Positions 9,865 through 19,668 of a stretch of DNA of 64,000 nt are shown here, piece after piece (within the stretch, counting starts at the first letter, position 1; each line of letters starts with the position of its first letter). Where the stretch lies: NCBI GenBank assembly GCA_964291265.2, contig OZ219747.1, positions 2,496,001 to 2,560,000 of the forward strand, read 5' to 3'. This stretch comes from Alphaproteobacteria bacterium. Its GTDB lineage: Bacteria; Pseudomonadota; Alphaproteobacteria; SP197. The notes under the pieces were generated by a model. The model was given only the letters and a program-made list of their open reading frames with translations. It was not told where the DNA came from and made no database searches. Made by a program: the position numbers and the translations under genes.

Positions 9865-10662
9865 TCAACCTGCGGGGCGGGCGGCGGCGGCCTCCCGGCA
9901 GGCGGTGCCGAAGGCGGTGAACAGCGCATGATCGCCGGTCCGCTCCCGAAACCGCCACTCGGGATGCCACTGCACGCCAAGCTGCATGACAGGAGCGTGC
10001 CGGACACTCACCGCCTCGATGAGTCCATCCGGGGCCGTCGCCTCGACATCGAGATCCGGCGCCAGACGAGAGATGCCCTGACCGTGCACCGAGTTGACGC
10101 GACAGCGTCCGAGGCCGGTGATGGCACGCAGCGTGCCGCCGTCAACGACCTCGATGTCGTGCAGCGGCAGGTACTGCTGATCGCGAGGCTTCGACTTGCC
10201 AACCCGGTGCGCCATCAGTCCGTCGACCTCCTCCAGAACCATGTGGAGAGTGCCGCCAAGCGCCACGTTGAGTTCCTGGAGTCCGCGGCAGACAGCCAGC
10301 AGCGGGATTTCGCGCTCGATGACGCGACGGATGAGCGGCAGCGCCAGCGTGTCGCGCTGGGTGTCCAGAATGGTGAATTCCCTCGGTTCCCCGTCACCGT
10401 AATGGCGCGGGTGCACATCACTCGGACTGCCGGGAAGGAAGATGCCGTCGACCTTGTCGAGAAGGTCGTCGATGGCGTAGAGGTCTTCCAGGGGTTCGAG
10501 GTCGCCGCCCCTGCCGAAGCAGGGGATCAGCATCGGTATCGCACCGGCGCCGTGGGCGACGGCATCGATGTACTTCTCACCCACTGCATGAAACGGGTGG
10601 ATGTCGATCGTGCGCACGTCACAGGGAATGCCGATGAGGGGCAGGGGATTCTTGTCCGCCAT
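9865..10662 (-). CDS. puuD: Gamma-glutamyl-GABA hydrolase family (PuuD, peptidase C26)
   Basis: FHAVGEKYIDAV, LPGSPSDVHP, AVCRGLQELNVALGGTL, VNSVHGQGI, GVQWHPEW. Confidence 0.88.
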   Translation of the reverse strand: MADKNPLPLIGIPCDVRTIDIHPFHAVGEKYIDAVAHGAGAIPMLIPCFGRGGDLEPLEDLYAIDDLLDKVDGIFLPGSPSDVHPRHYGDGEPREFTILDTQRDTLALPLIRRVIEREIPLLAVCRGLQELNVALGGTLHMVLEEVDGLMAHRVGKSKPRDQQYLPLHDIEVVDGGTLRAITGLGRCRVNSVHGQGISRLAPDLDVEATAPDGLIEAVSVRHAPVMQLGVQWHPEWRFRERTGDHALFTAFGTACREAAAARPAG

Positions 10663-10739
10663 GGAGGATCACCTTGCTGCTGTCGCGAACGACGCCACCC
10701 TATCAGGGGGGCATGACCACTGGAACCGGATCGCGCGAG

Positions 10740-12077
10740 TCATGGAGCCCGTGCGACGTCACGGACGAGGCCGGGGTAGTGACGCCACAAGGCGAGGGCC
10801 CGGACGATGAACAGGAGAGCGAGACCCAGCCACAGGCCGTCGTTGCCGAGCTCGGCGTGGAGCAGGTAGATCGCCGGCAGGTAGATGAAGACCGCAAGGA
10901 TCATCGCGTTCCTGATATCGCGGCCCCGGGCGGCTCCCGTGAAGATGCCGTCGAACTGGAAGGACCACACCCCGATGACGGGCATGAGGATGGCATAGTG
11001 CACATGGGCGAGGGCCTCGGCCCTTACCTCGGGAATGTCGGTGAAAGAGAACACCAGGAGATCTCCACCGAGAGCATATCCCAGGCAGACCACCACCGCC
11101 GTGAGTCCCGACCACAGGAAGGTCACCCTCACGGTCTCTTCGAGCATCCCGGGATCCCTGCGGCCGCAGGCTTCGCCGACGATGGCTTCACAGGCGTTGG
11201 CGAAACCATCCAGGGCAAAGGCGGCGAAGGTGAGGAACATCAAGAGGATTTCATTGGCCGCCAGGGTGGTGTCGCCGATCCGCGCCGAAAGGCTGATGAA
11301 GACGCCGAACGCGACGTTCAGAAGGAATGTGCGGATCAGGAGATCGCGGTTGAGCGCCAGAAGCGGACGATAGGGTTCCAGGATCCGGGCGGCGCCCAGG
11401 GGCCAGGGTTCCCGCCCCTCCGGCAGGGCACGAACGAGCGCCACCAGACCGGTTGCAAGGCCCATGGCCTCGGCGATGGCGGTGGCGGCCGCCAGACCTT
11501 CCACTCCCCAGCCGAGGACGGGAACGAAGAGGATGTCGAGAGCCACGTTGAGCGATGCGATGACGGCCTGCACGATGAGAGCCAGACCGGTTCTCTGAAG
11601 CCCGATCAGCGCGCCCGCGATGATGAAGTTGCCCATCACGGCAGGTGCCGCCCAGATCCGCACATCGAAGTAGAGTGCCGCCTGGTGCGACACCAGGGGG
11701 CCGGCCTCGACGAGGTTCAGCGCCAGCCAGCGCAAGGGATCCTGGAGGAGAACGAGGGCCAAGGCGATCACCAAAGCGATCACGGCGGCCCGGATGACGA
11801 TCGCCTTCAGCTCCTTTCGATCGCCGCGTCCGAAGGCCTGGGCGATGTAGCCGGTGGTCGACAGGCGCAGGAATCCGAATGTCCAGAAGACAAAGCTGAA
11901 GATGAGAGCCGCCACGCCCACGCCGCCGAGATACTCCGGTCCCGGCAGGTGTCCGGCCATGACGGTGTCGACCATGCCAACAATGGGCAAGGCCAGATTC
12001 GACACCATGATGGGTACCGCGGTCTTCCAGATTCGCCGGTGTCGTTCCGCCCGCATCGCCCCGCTGGAAGGCGTCAA
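10740..12077 (-). CDS. dinF: MATE family efflux protein, DinF-like
   Basis: PIVGMVDTVMAGHL, FGFLRLSTTGYIAQAFG, AFALDGFANACEA, FQFDGIFTGA, LGNDGLW. Confidence 0.88.
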   Translation of the reverse strand: MTPSSGAMRAERHRRIWKTAVPIMVSNLALPIVGMVDTVMAGHLPGPEYLGGVGVAALIFSFVFWTFGFLRLSTTGYIAQAFGRGDRKELKAIVIRAAVIALVIALALVLLQDPLRWLALNLVEAGPLVSHQAALYFDVRIWAAPAVMGNFIIAGALIGLQRTGLALIVQAVIASLNVALDILFVPVLGWGVEGLAAATAIAEAMGLATGLVALVRALPEGREPWPLGAARILEPYRPLLALNRDLLIRTFLLNVAFGVFISLSARIGDTTLAANEILLMFLTFAAFALDGFANACEAIVGEACGRRDPGMLEETVRVTFLWSGLTAVVVCLGYALGGDLLVFSFTDIPEVRAEALAHVHYAILMPVIGVWSFQFDGIFTGAARGRDIRNAMILAVFIYLPAIYLLHAELGNDGLWLGLALLFIVRALALWRHYPGLVRDVARAP

Positions 12078-14794
12078 TGCATCGTCGCCCGTGCCGTCTC
12101 GCCCGCTTCTATGGCACGGAACAGGTGAGTCCGCAGATTCCCGAGCCCTGCCTCGGAAGTGATCTTGCCGCCACTAGCGTCACACAGATAGAAGGCGTCG
12201 ACCGCCCGCTCTCCGAACGTGGCGACGCGTGCGGTGACAATCGACAGGTGGAGTTCGGCCACGGCTCGGGCGAGATCCGAGAGCAGACCCCGCCTGTCGC
12301 GCGCCGTGATCTCGACAAGCGTGTGGCGGGTCGAGACCCCGTTGTCCACCAGCACACGCGGCAGGACTGCAAGAACCGGACCGTTGTGCCAGCCCTTCCG
12401 GCGGCGGTTGACTTCGTCCGCGAGATCGAGGTCCCCGGCGAGCGTGCGCCGGATGATGCCACGCAGACGGTCCAGGCGTCTCCTGTCCCTGAATGCCGAC
12501 TGGTGTTCGTCCTGCACCCGGAAGGCATCGAGCGCCATGCCGTCGAGGGTCGTGAAAATCCGCGCATCGACGATGCTGGCGCCGGCTACCGCAATGGCGC
12601 CGGCGATCTCGGCGAACAGCCCGGGGCGGTCCGGTGCGAAGACGGTCACCTCCGTGATGTCCCGGGCATCGTCAATCTCGGTCGCCACCGTCACTTCGCC
12701 GTTGGGACCGGGTCGCATCAGCTCGGCATGTCGTACGTGGGCGGCGCTGTCGAAGGCAAGCCAGTAGGGTGTGACGAGGCGGGCGACATGGTTGTCGATC
12801 ATGGCGGATGGCCAGTCCTCCAGTGTTTCCCTGAGACGGTGCATGCGGGCCTCAACCCGCGCCTGTTTGGCGATCGCGGCGCCATGACCGCCGGAGATCA
12901 CCTCCTCCGCCCGGTAGTAGAGTTCCCTCAGGAGATCACCCTTCCAGTTGTTCCACACCCGTGGTCCTACGGCGCGGATATCGGCGACCGTCAGGACGAG
13001 CAACAGCCGCAGGCGCTCGATCGACTGGACGATCCGGGCGAAGCCGTCAATCGTGCGTGGCTCTTCAAGATCACGACGAAAGGCCGTGTTGGACATGATC
13101 AGGTGATGGCGTACCAGCCAGGATACGGTCTCGGTCTCCTCCGCGGTGAAACCGAGGCGCGGCGCCAGGTGGCTGGCAACCCCGGCGCCAAGTACGGAGT
13201 GATCCCCGCCGCGCCCCTTCGCGATGTCGTGGAGGAGAACGGCAAGGTAGAGAACGCGACGCTGCAGGATCAGCGGAAACACCTCGGTGGCCAGGGGCAG
13301 TTCGTCGGCGATGTCGCCACGCTCAATGGCGGCGAGGATCCCGATGGCCCTGATGGAGTGCTCATCGACGGTGTAGACGTGGTACATGTCGTGTTGCATC
13401 TGGGCGACGACACGTCCGAAATCCGGCAGGAACCGGCCCATCACACCGGCTTCGTTCATGCCATGGAGTGTTCCAAGGGGATCATCCCTGGCGGTCAGGA
13501 TGTCCATGAACTGGCTGTTGGCACGGGCGTCATGACGCAGCCTGTCGTCGATCCTCGCGAGGCTCTGGTTCATCAGCCACATGGCCCGGGGATGGATGTT
13601 GACGCGCCGCTCCTGGGAGACGTGGAACATGCGCACGAGATCGCCGGGCGACTCCTCGAAATGCCGGCGGTTTCGGATCGAGATCATGCCGCCGGAGACG
13701 GGAAAGCCGTCGATTTCCGCGGCATCCGTCACGTACCTGGAGCGCGGACGGCCGCCATGTTGTTCGGCGATGACGGCAGCGAAGATGCGGGACAGTCCGC
13801 CGACCTCCCGGGTGGCGAGGAAATAGCGTTTCATGAAGCGTTCGACAGCCCGCTGGTTTCGCGTATCGGAAAAGCCCATGCGGAGTGCGATGTCCGTTTG
13901 CAGATCGAACGTCAACCGCTCCTCGGCCCGGCCCGACAGGAAGTGGAGGTGGCACCGGACCCGGTTGAGAAAATCCGCCGCCCGGCGGAACCTCGAGAGT
14001 TCGGCGCGACTCAGAACCCCGCGCGACACCAGATCCTCGATGTGAGCAGTCGGGTAGAGATACCTGGCGATCCACACGAGGACATGGAGGTCTCTCAGTC
14101 CTCCCTTTCCTTCCTTGACATCGGGTTCCAGGACATGGCGTGAATCGCCCGTCTTGAGATGCCGCCGGTCACGTTCCTCGAGCTTGGCACGCACGAACGC
14201 CGTGTCGCTGCCGGCCACCACCCGCCGCTGGAAGCGGTTGCGGAACGTCCGGAACAGGCTTCGATCGCCGGCAAGCAGACGGGCCTCCAGGACCGCGGTA
14301 CGGATCGTCATGTCGCTGCGGGCACTGTCGATGGCCTCGTCAAGAGTGCGTGTGGCGTGACCGACCTTGAGACCGAGATCCCACAGACAATAGAGTACGC
14401 GGCTGATCACCGCTTCCTGACGGGCTGTCGCCGGCCCGGCGAGCAGGAAGAGGAGATCGAGATCGGAGTGTGGTGCGAGTTCGCCTCGTCCATAACCGCC
14501 GACCGCGACGAGGGCCATGCGGGCCTGATCATCGCCGCCGCTTTCTCCTTGCCGGACACGGGCAAACAGTTCCTTCAGCACCGTGTCGACAAGCCGGCTC
14601 ATCGAGGTGACAAGCGCGGTCCCCGATGCACCTCTGTCGAGGTGGCGGCGTAGCCGCGCCAGGCCTTCATCGAGCGTGCAGCGCAGCACGCCTTCGAGAC
14701 CTTCATTCGAGTTCGGCAGGGCGGCGAGTGTCCGGCGCAGGTGCCGCCGGTTCACGAGGCTGCCAGGTACGGGCCTTCCCCGGGGATCAGTCAC
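12074..14794 (-). CDS. glnD: [Protein-PII] uridylyltransferase
   Basis: AVGGYGRGELAPHSDLDLLFL, EPDVKEGKGGLRDL, HVYTVDEHS, LLHDIAKGRGGDHS, two C-terminal ACT domains. Confidence 0.97.
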   Translation of the reverse strand: MTDPRGRPVPGSLVNRRHLRRTLAALPNSNEGLEGVLRCTLDEGLARLRRHLDRGASGTALVTSMSRLVDTVLKELFARVRQGESGGDDQARMALVAVGGYGRGELAPHSDLDLLFLLAGPATARQEAVISRVLYCLWDLGLKVGHATRTLDEAIDSARSDMTIRTAVLEARLLAGDRSLFRTFRNRFQRRVVAGSDTAFVRAKLEERDRRHLKTGDSRHVLEPDVKEGKGGLRDLHVLVWIARYLYPTAHIEDLVSRGVLSRAELSRFRRAADFLNRVRCHLHFLSGRAEERLTFDLQTDIALRMGFSDTRNQRAVERFMKRYFLATREVGGLSRIFAAVIAEQHGGRPRSRYVTDAAEIDGFPVSGGMISIRNRRHFEESPGDLVRMFHVSQERRVNIHPRAMWLMNQSLARIDDRLRHDARANSQFMDILTARDDPLGTLHGMNEAGVMGRFLPDFGRVVAQMQHDMYHVYTVDEHSIRAIGILAAIERGDIADELPLATEVFPLILQRRVLYLAVLLHDIAKGRGGDHSVLGAGVASHLAPRLGFTAEETETVSWLVRHHLIMSNTAFRRDLEEPRTIDGFARIVQSIERLRLLLVLTVADIRAVGPRVWNNWKGDLLRELYYRAEEVISGGHGAAIAKQARVEARMHRLRETLEDWPSAMIDNHVARLVTPYWLAFDSAAHVRHAELMRPGPNGEVTVATEIDDARDITEVTVFAPDRPGLFAEIAGAIAVAGASIVDARIFTTLDGMALDAFRVQDEHQSAFRDRRRLDRLRGIIRRTLAGDLDLADEVNRRRKGWHNGPVLAVLPRVLVDNGVSTRHTLVEITARDRRGLLSDLARAVAELHLSIVTARVATFGERAVDAFYLCDASGGKITSEAGLGNLRTHLFRAIEAGETARATMH

Positions 14795-17453
14795 CCTCCT
14801 CCTCCGCCAGATCCTTCAGCCGGTAGACCAGGTCGAGCGCCTGGCGCGGCGAGAGCTGGTCGGGCATGACATCATCGACAGCCTGTCTGACGGCGGAGAC
14901 CGGCGCAACATCCCGTGTGTGCCTCTGCGCCACCTCGAAGAGGGGAAGATCATCGGCAAGCCGCGTCAGGGCGTTTGCGCCATCACCGGTTTCGATGGTC
15001 TCGAGCACGTCCTTCGCTCGTTCGATGACCGGCTGTGGAAGGCCGGCAAGGCGTGCGACATGGATGCCGTAGCTCCGGTTCGCCGCACCGCGCTCCACCT
15101 CGTAGAGAAACACGATGTCGTTCTTCCATTCCTTGACCCGCATGGAGTGCGGTCTCAGTTCAGCCAATGTTGCCGCAAGGGATGCCAGTTCGTGGTAGTG
15201 CGTGGCAAACAGCGCCCGGCACCGGTTCACATCGTGAAGGTGCTCGAGGACTGCCCAGGCGATGGAAAGGCCGTCGAAGGTTGCTGTTCCGCGGCCGATT
15301 TCGTCGAGTATGACGAGGGAGCGTTCTCCAGCCTGGTTGAGGATGGCCGCAGTTTCGACCATCTCCACCATGAAAGTCGATCGTCCCCGCGCAAGATCGT
15401 CCGCAGCGCCGACGCGGCTGAACAGCCGGTCCACGATACCAAGCCTGGCGGCGTTCGCCGGCACGTAACTCCCGGCCTGCGCCATGACGACGATCAGGGC
15501 ATTCTGGCGCAGGAACGTCGACTTTCCGGCCATGTTGGGACCGGTGAGCAACCACAGGCGGGCGTCGTCCTCGAGAACGCAGCCATTGGCGACAAACTCC
15601 ATCGATTCGCTGGCCAGGACTTCGACTACGGGGTGACGTCCGCCCTCGATTGCGAAGTCGAGGCCCGCTGTCACCGTCGGACGGATGTAGCGGCGTTCAA
15701 CGGCAAGCTCCGCGAGCGCCGCAGCCACGTCAATGACGGCAATCGCCCCGGCGGCAGCGGCTATGGCGGGCGCCTCTGCGAGCACATCGGCCGTGGCCTT
15801 GTGAAAGGCGTCGAGTTCGAGGGCGATGGCGCGGTCGGCGGCACGGGACATCTCCGTCTCGAGGTCGCCCAGCTCGACAGTCGTGAAGCGCATGGCATTC
15901 GCCATGGTCTGACGATGGATGAACGTTGCCTCATCAAGATCCGCCGCATGGTTGCGGTTGACCTCGACGTAGTATCCCAGGACATTGTTGTGGCGAATCC
16001 TGAGGGATGTGACGCCGGTCGCCTTCTGGTAGGCCCCCTGGAGTCCAGCCACAAGCTGCCGGCTGTTGTCGCGCAGCTCCCTCGCCTGGTCGAGGTCCTG
16101 GCTGTAGCCGGCGCGCACGAAACCGCCATCCCGGGCAAGTGGCGGCGGATTGTCGACGAGGAGGCAGGCAAGGTCACCGGCGAGTGGAGGGATGGCCTGA
16201 ATGGCGCTCCCCGCTTCGGCGAGTTCCCCTGGCAGATCATCATGGCTCTGCAGTCTGCCAGCCAGACGGCCGGCTGCCGTGAGGCCGTCACGTATGGCTG
16301 CAAGGTCGCGTGGGCCGCCTCGCGAAAGTGCGAGGCGTGCCAGGGCCCTTTCGAGATCGGGTGTCTGCGCGAGGGTGGCTCTGACATCGCCACGCAGATC
16401 CGGATACGCGGCGAGTATCTGGACAGCGTCCTGGCGCCTGGCGATGGCGTCGGTGTCGGTCAGAGGCGCGGTCAGTCTCTGTTCGAGCAGGCGGGCGCCA
16501 GCGCCCGTCACGGTGCGGTCCATGATGCCCAGGAGGCTTCCCCGGCGATGGCCGTCAAGTGTGCGCATGAGCTCGAGATTGCGCCGCGTGGCCTGGTCGA
16601 TCAGCATCGACTGTCCTGCCACCTGGCGCAGCGGTGGCGAAAGTCGGGGGAAGCGGCCTTTCTGGGTCAGTTCGACATAGCCCAGAAGTCCGCCCATGGC
16701 CGCCAGTTCGGCCCGCGTGAAGGAACCGAAACCGTCCAGTGAGGCGACTGCGTAGAGCTCGCGCAGACGCCGTTCTCCGGTACGGCTGTCGAACCTGCTG
16801 TCGGGCTCCCTGACCAGTCGCTCGCTCCACGGCGCCAGCACATCCTGGAACGCGACATCATTGCCGATCCGTTCCGCCACCACGAGTTCGGCCGGTGCGA
16901 CACGTTCCAGGAGAGCGTTGATGTCGGCTGTTGCGATACTTGTGACAGTGAAACTGCCTGTCGACATCTCGATCCAGGCAACCGCGGTGGTGGAGCCAGC
17001 CTGAGCCAGCGCCGCCAGGTGATTGGTGGAACGGGCATCGAGAAGCGTGTCCTCGACGAGCGTTCCGGGTGTGACGATGCGGATGACATCCCGCCTCACG
17101 ATGGCACTGCTGCCGCGCTTTCGTGCTTCGGCGGGATCCTCGACCTGCTCGCAGACCGCTACCCGGTAGCCCTTGTGAATGAGCCGATCGAGATAGCTGT
17201 CGGCGGAGACCACCGGCACACCGCACATCGGAACATCCTTGCCCTGGTGCTGTCCGCGCGTGGTCAGCGCGATGTCGAGCGCACCGGCTGCGGCGACGGC
17301 ATCGTCGAAGAAGAGTTCGTAGAAATCCCCCATGCGGAAAAGCAGGAGCGCCTCCCGGTGCTCTCCCTTGATCCGCCAGTACTGCTCCATCATCGGCGTG
17401 ACACGACCGCCGCGCTTCGATGCGGACACCGATGGCTCCTTTCTCCCTGTCAT
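14787..17453 (-). CDS. mutS: DNA mismatch repair protein MutS
   Basis: TPMMEQY, FRMGDFYELFFDDA, TGPNMAGKSTFLRQ, GRSTFMVEMVETA, DEIGRGTATFDG, FATHYHEL. Confidence 0.98.
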   Translation of the reverse strand: MTGRKEPSVSASKRGGRVTPMMEQYWRIKGEHREALLLFRMGDFYELFFDDAVAAAGALDIALTTRGQHQGKDVPMCGVPVVSADSYLDRLIHKGYRVAVCEQVEDPAEARKRGSSAIVRRDVIRIVTPGTLVEDTLLDARSTNHLAALAQAGSTTAVAWIEMSTGSFTVTSIATADINALLERVAPAELVVAERIGNDVAFQDVLAPWSERLVREPDSRFDSRTGERRLRELYAVASLDGFGSFTRAELAAMGGLLGYVELTQKGRFPRLSPPLRQVAGQSMLIDQATRRNLELMRTLDGHRRGSLLGIMDRTVTGAGARLLEQRLTAPLTDTDAIARRQDAVQILAAYPDLRGDVRATLAQTPDLERALARLALSRGGPRDLAAIRDGLTAAGRLAGRLQSHDDLPGELAEAGSAIQAIPPLAGDLACLLVDNPPPLARDGGFVRAGYSQDLDQARELRDNSRQLVAGLQGAYQKATGVTSLRIRHNNVLGYYVEVNRNHAADLDEATFIHRQTMANAMRFTTVELGDLETEMSRAADRAIALELDAFHKATADVLAEAPAIAAAAGAIAVIDVAAALAELAVERRYIRPTVTAGLDFAIEGGRHPVVEVLASESMEFVANGCVLEDDARLWLLTGPNMAGKSTFLRQNALIVVMAQAGSYVPANAARLGIVDRLFSRVGAADDLARGRSTFMVEMVETAAILNQAGERSLVILDEIGRGTATFDGLSIAWAVLEHLHDVNRCRALFATHYHELASLAATLAELRPHSMRVKEWKNDIVFLYEVERGAANRSYGIHVARLAGLPQPVIERAKDVLETIETGDGANALTRLADDLPLFEVAQRHTRDVAPVSAVRQAVDDVMPDQLSPRQALDLVYRLKDLAEEEGD

Positions 17454-17490
17454 CGGACCGCCGCCTTCTGCGTTGCTGCGGGCCGGGTCA

Positions 17491-18336
17491 TCACCCGGTG
17501 GCCGTGCGTTTCGCGTGTTCCCTTGCCAAGGCACACCAGGAAGCGATGTCGACGTCCTCGGCCCGTGCCCGGGGGTCCACACCGGCGGAAACAAGCAGAT
17601 CCTGCGGATCTCCAGAAACGGCGGCAAGAGCGTTGCGCAACACCTTGCGCCGCTGTCCGAAGCCTGCTTGCGTCAGTGTGCGCAGGACTGATTCGAGGGC
17701 TGGTGAAAGAGGCGCTTCTCGTGGTGTGATGCGGACCACGGCCGCATGCACCTTCGGTGCTGGAACGAAGGAGGCGGAGGCAATGTCGAAACACCGTTCG
17801 ACCCGGCACAAACGCTGCATGAGGACACTCAGCCTGCCGTACTGACGGGATCCAGGCACTGCGACAAGCCGCTCGGCCACCTCCTTCTGGAACATCAGGA
17901 TCATGCGATCGATGAGGTGGCGATGCTCGATGAGACGCATGGCAAGCCGCGTCGAACTGTTGAACGGGAGATTGCCCATGACCACGACCCCCGACTCCAG
18001 GACCTCGTGAAGGTCGCACTCCAGGGCATCGCCTTCGACAATGGTGAGTCTGCCCGCAGCGGCGTCACGAAGACCAAAGAGGGCAGCGCAGCATCGCGGG
18101 TCCATCTCGATGGCACGGATCCGGCGTGCCCCGGCTCTCAGCACGGCCCGCGTCAGGCCGCCTGGACCAGGGCCGATCTCGACGACGACGGCTCCCTCAA
18201 GGCAGCCGGCGCTGCGGGCGATGCGGTCGAGCACGTTTTCATCAAACAGGAAATTCTGTCCCAGCGACTTGCGCGCCCTGAGAGAGAATGCATCCGCGAC
18301 ATCCCTCAGACAGGGAAGGTCGTCGAGTGGGTTCAA
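17491..18336 (-). CDS. rsmA: 16S rRNA m6,2A dimethyltransferase
   Basis: KSLGQNFL, VVEIGPGPGGLT, GNLPFN, MFQKEVAERL, YGRLSV, FGQRRK.LRNAL. TTG start overlaps the surA stop. Confidence 0.95.
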   Translation of the reverse strand: MNPLDDLPCLRDVADAFSLRARKSLGQNFLFDENVLDRIARSAGCLEGAVVVEIGPGPGGLTRAVLRAGARRIRAIEMDPRCCAALFGLRDAAAGRLTIVEGDALECDLHEVLESGVVVMGNLPFNSSTRLAMRLIEHRHLIDRMILMFQKEVAERLVAVPGSRQYGRLSVLMQRLCRVERCFDIASASFVPAPKVHAAVVRITPREAPLSPALESVLRTLTQAGFGQRRKVLRNALAAVSGDPQDLLVSAGVDPRARAEDVDIASWCALAREHAKRTATG

Positions 18337-19604
18337 CGTGCTTCCTGGATGCGGATGTCGACGAACGCCTGGCGTCTGAGGTCGCGAAGATAGCTTCTCG
18401 CAATGGTGTCGTGCTGGCGTGCCTCCAGCGCGTTGCGGGCATCGCTGCGTGCCGGCAGGCCGTGTTCGACCCGTTCGCACAGCATCGTCACGCGCACTTC
18501 GCCAACGCTGACAACCGGAATGCCGGTCGTTCCCGGTTCCAGGCCTTCCACCTGGCGGCGCACGTCGTCGTGGAGGTCGGTCAGCCTTGCCGTCACGGGG
18601 TCGCTCACCTCCGGACCGCCGTCGGCTGCAGCGAGAGAGTCGAGGTCCTCGCACGAAGAGAGCAGGGAGACGGTGTCCGATACCCTCTGCACGGCATCCG
18701 TGGCGCCGTCGTCCACCGCGAAGACCGCCTGACGGATGGTGACCTCGATGTCTGCGTCACTGGTCTGATAGCCCGGACGGATCTCGCGCATCAGGATCAG
18801 GGTGTAGCCCCCGAGAGTGCGGATCGGTGGCGACAGGCGGCCGACAGGCAGTCTGGGAACAACCGCGGCGAGTTCCTCGGAGAGCTGGCTGTGACCGATC
18901 CAGCCGAGATCACCGCCATTTCTGGAACTGGCGCTCTGTGAGAACTGCTGGGCAAGAATGCCGAATCGGCCTCCTGAACGCAGGGCATCGGAGAGCCGCT
19001 CGATGTCCTCCCTCACGCGTGCTTCTTCCTCCGGGCTGTTCACGGAAAGGACAATCTCGGCGAGCAGGTAGTGGGGTTCGTGCGCGGCAGCGATCATGCG
19101 CTGGTACTCCTCCTCCACCTCCGCCTCGAAGACAGGCCGCTGACGCTGCCGGGCCCGGACGAGCTCACCCCAGACAACCTCAGCGGTCAGCTGATCGTCG
19201 AGGGAATTCAGGCTCAGGCTGCGCTCTTCCATGAAAGCGACGAGTTCTCCCGGACCAAGGCCAAGGCTGCGCTCGACGAAGCCGTAGGTCTCGTTGCGTT
19301 CGATGCGAAACGTGCCGAATCCCTGCCGGTCCCCTTCCTGCAGCTGCAGCTTTTCGTTGATCAGCATCGAGGTGACCTGCGGCAGGAGTTGCCGGCGACT
19401 CTCGGGTGTTTCGTCAATTCCCGACAGGGCGAGAACCAGGGACAGGCGCGCGTCCAGGTCCATTTCCGTGATCGCCTCGTCGTTGACGACCACGGCAATG
19501 CCAAGTGAGTCCTGGGTCCAGCCGGGCGCCGGGAGAGATGCCAGGACAAGGGCAAGAATCACCCGGACAGGCCGGAACCATGGCAGACGTCGGTTCATTG
19601 ACAT
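18333..19604 (-). CDS. surA: SurA-like periplasmic peptidyl-prolyl isomerase/chaperone
   Basis: Signal peptide, IAVVVNDEAIT, LAQQFSQSAS..NGGDLGWI, YLRDLRRQAFVD; downstream of lptD. Confidence 0.9.
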   Translation of the reverse strand: MSMNRRLPWFRPVRVILALVLASLPAPGWTQDSLGIAVVVNDEAITEMDLDARLSLVLALSGIDETPESRRQLLPQVTSMLINEKLQLQEGDRQGFGTFRIERNETYGFVERSLGLGPGELVAFMEERSLSLNSLDDQLTAEVVWGELVRARQRQRPVFEAEVEEEYQRMIAAAHEPHYLLAEIVLSVNSPEEEARVREDIERLSDALRSGGRFGILAQQFSQSASSRNGGDLGWIGHSQLSEELAAVVPRLPVGRLSPPIRTLGGYTLILMREIRPGYQTSDADIEVTIRQAVFAVDDGATDAVQRVSDTVSLLSSCEDLDSLAAADGGPEVSDPVTARLTDLHDDVRRQVEGLEPGTTGIPVVSVGEVRVTMLCERVEHGLPARSDARNALEARQHDTIARSYLRDLRRQAFVDIRIQEAR

Positions 19605-19668
19605 GCACTCTCCAGACAACCGCCAAGGTGCTGGAATCGAACGGGTGAATCAAGGAGACAGCGGGATT

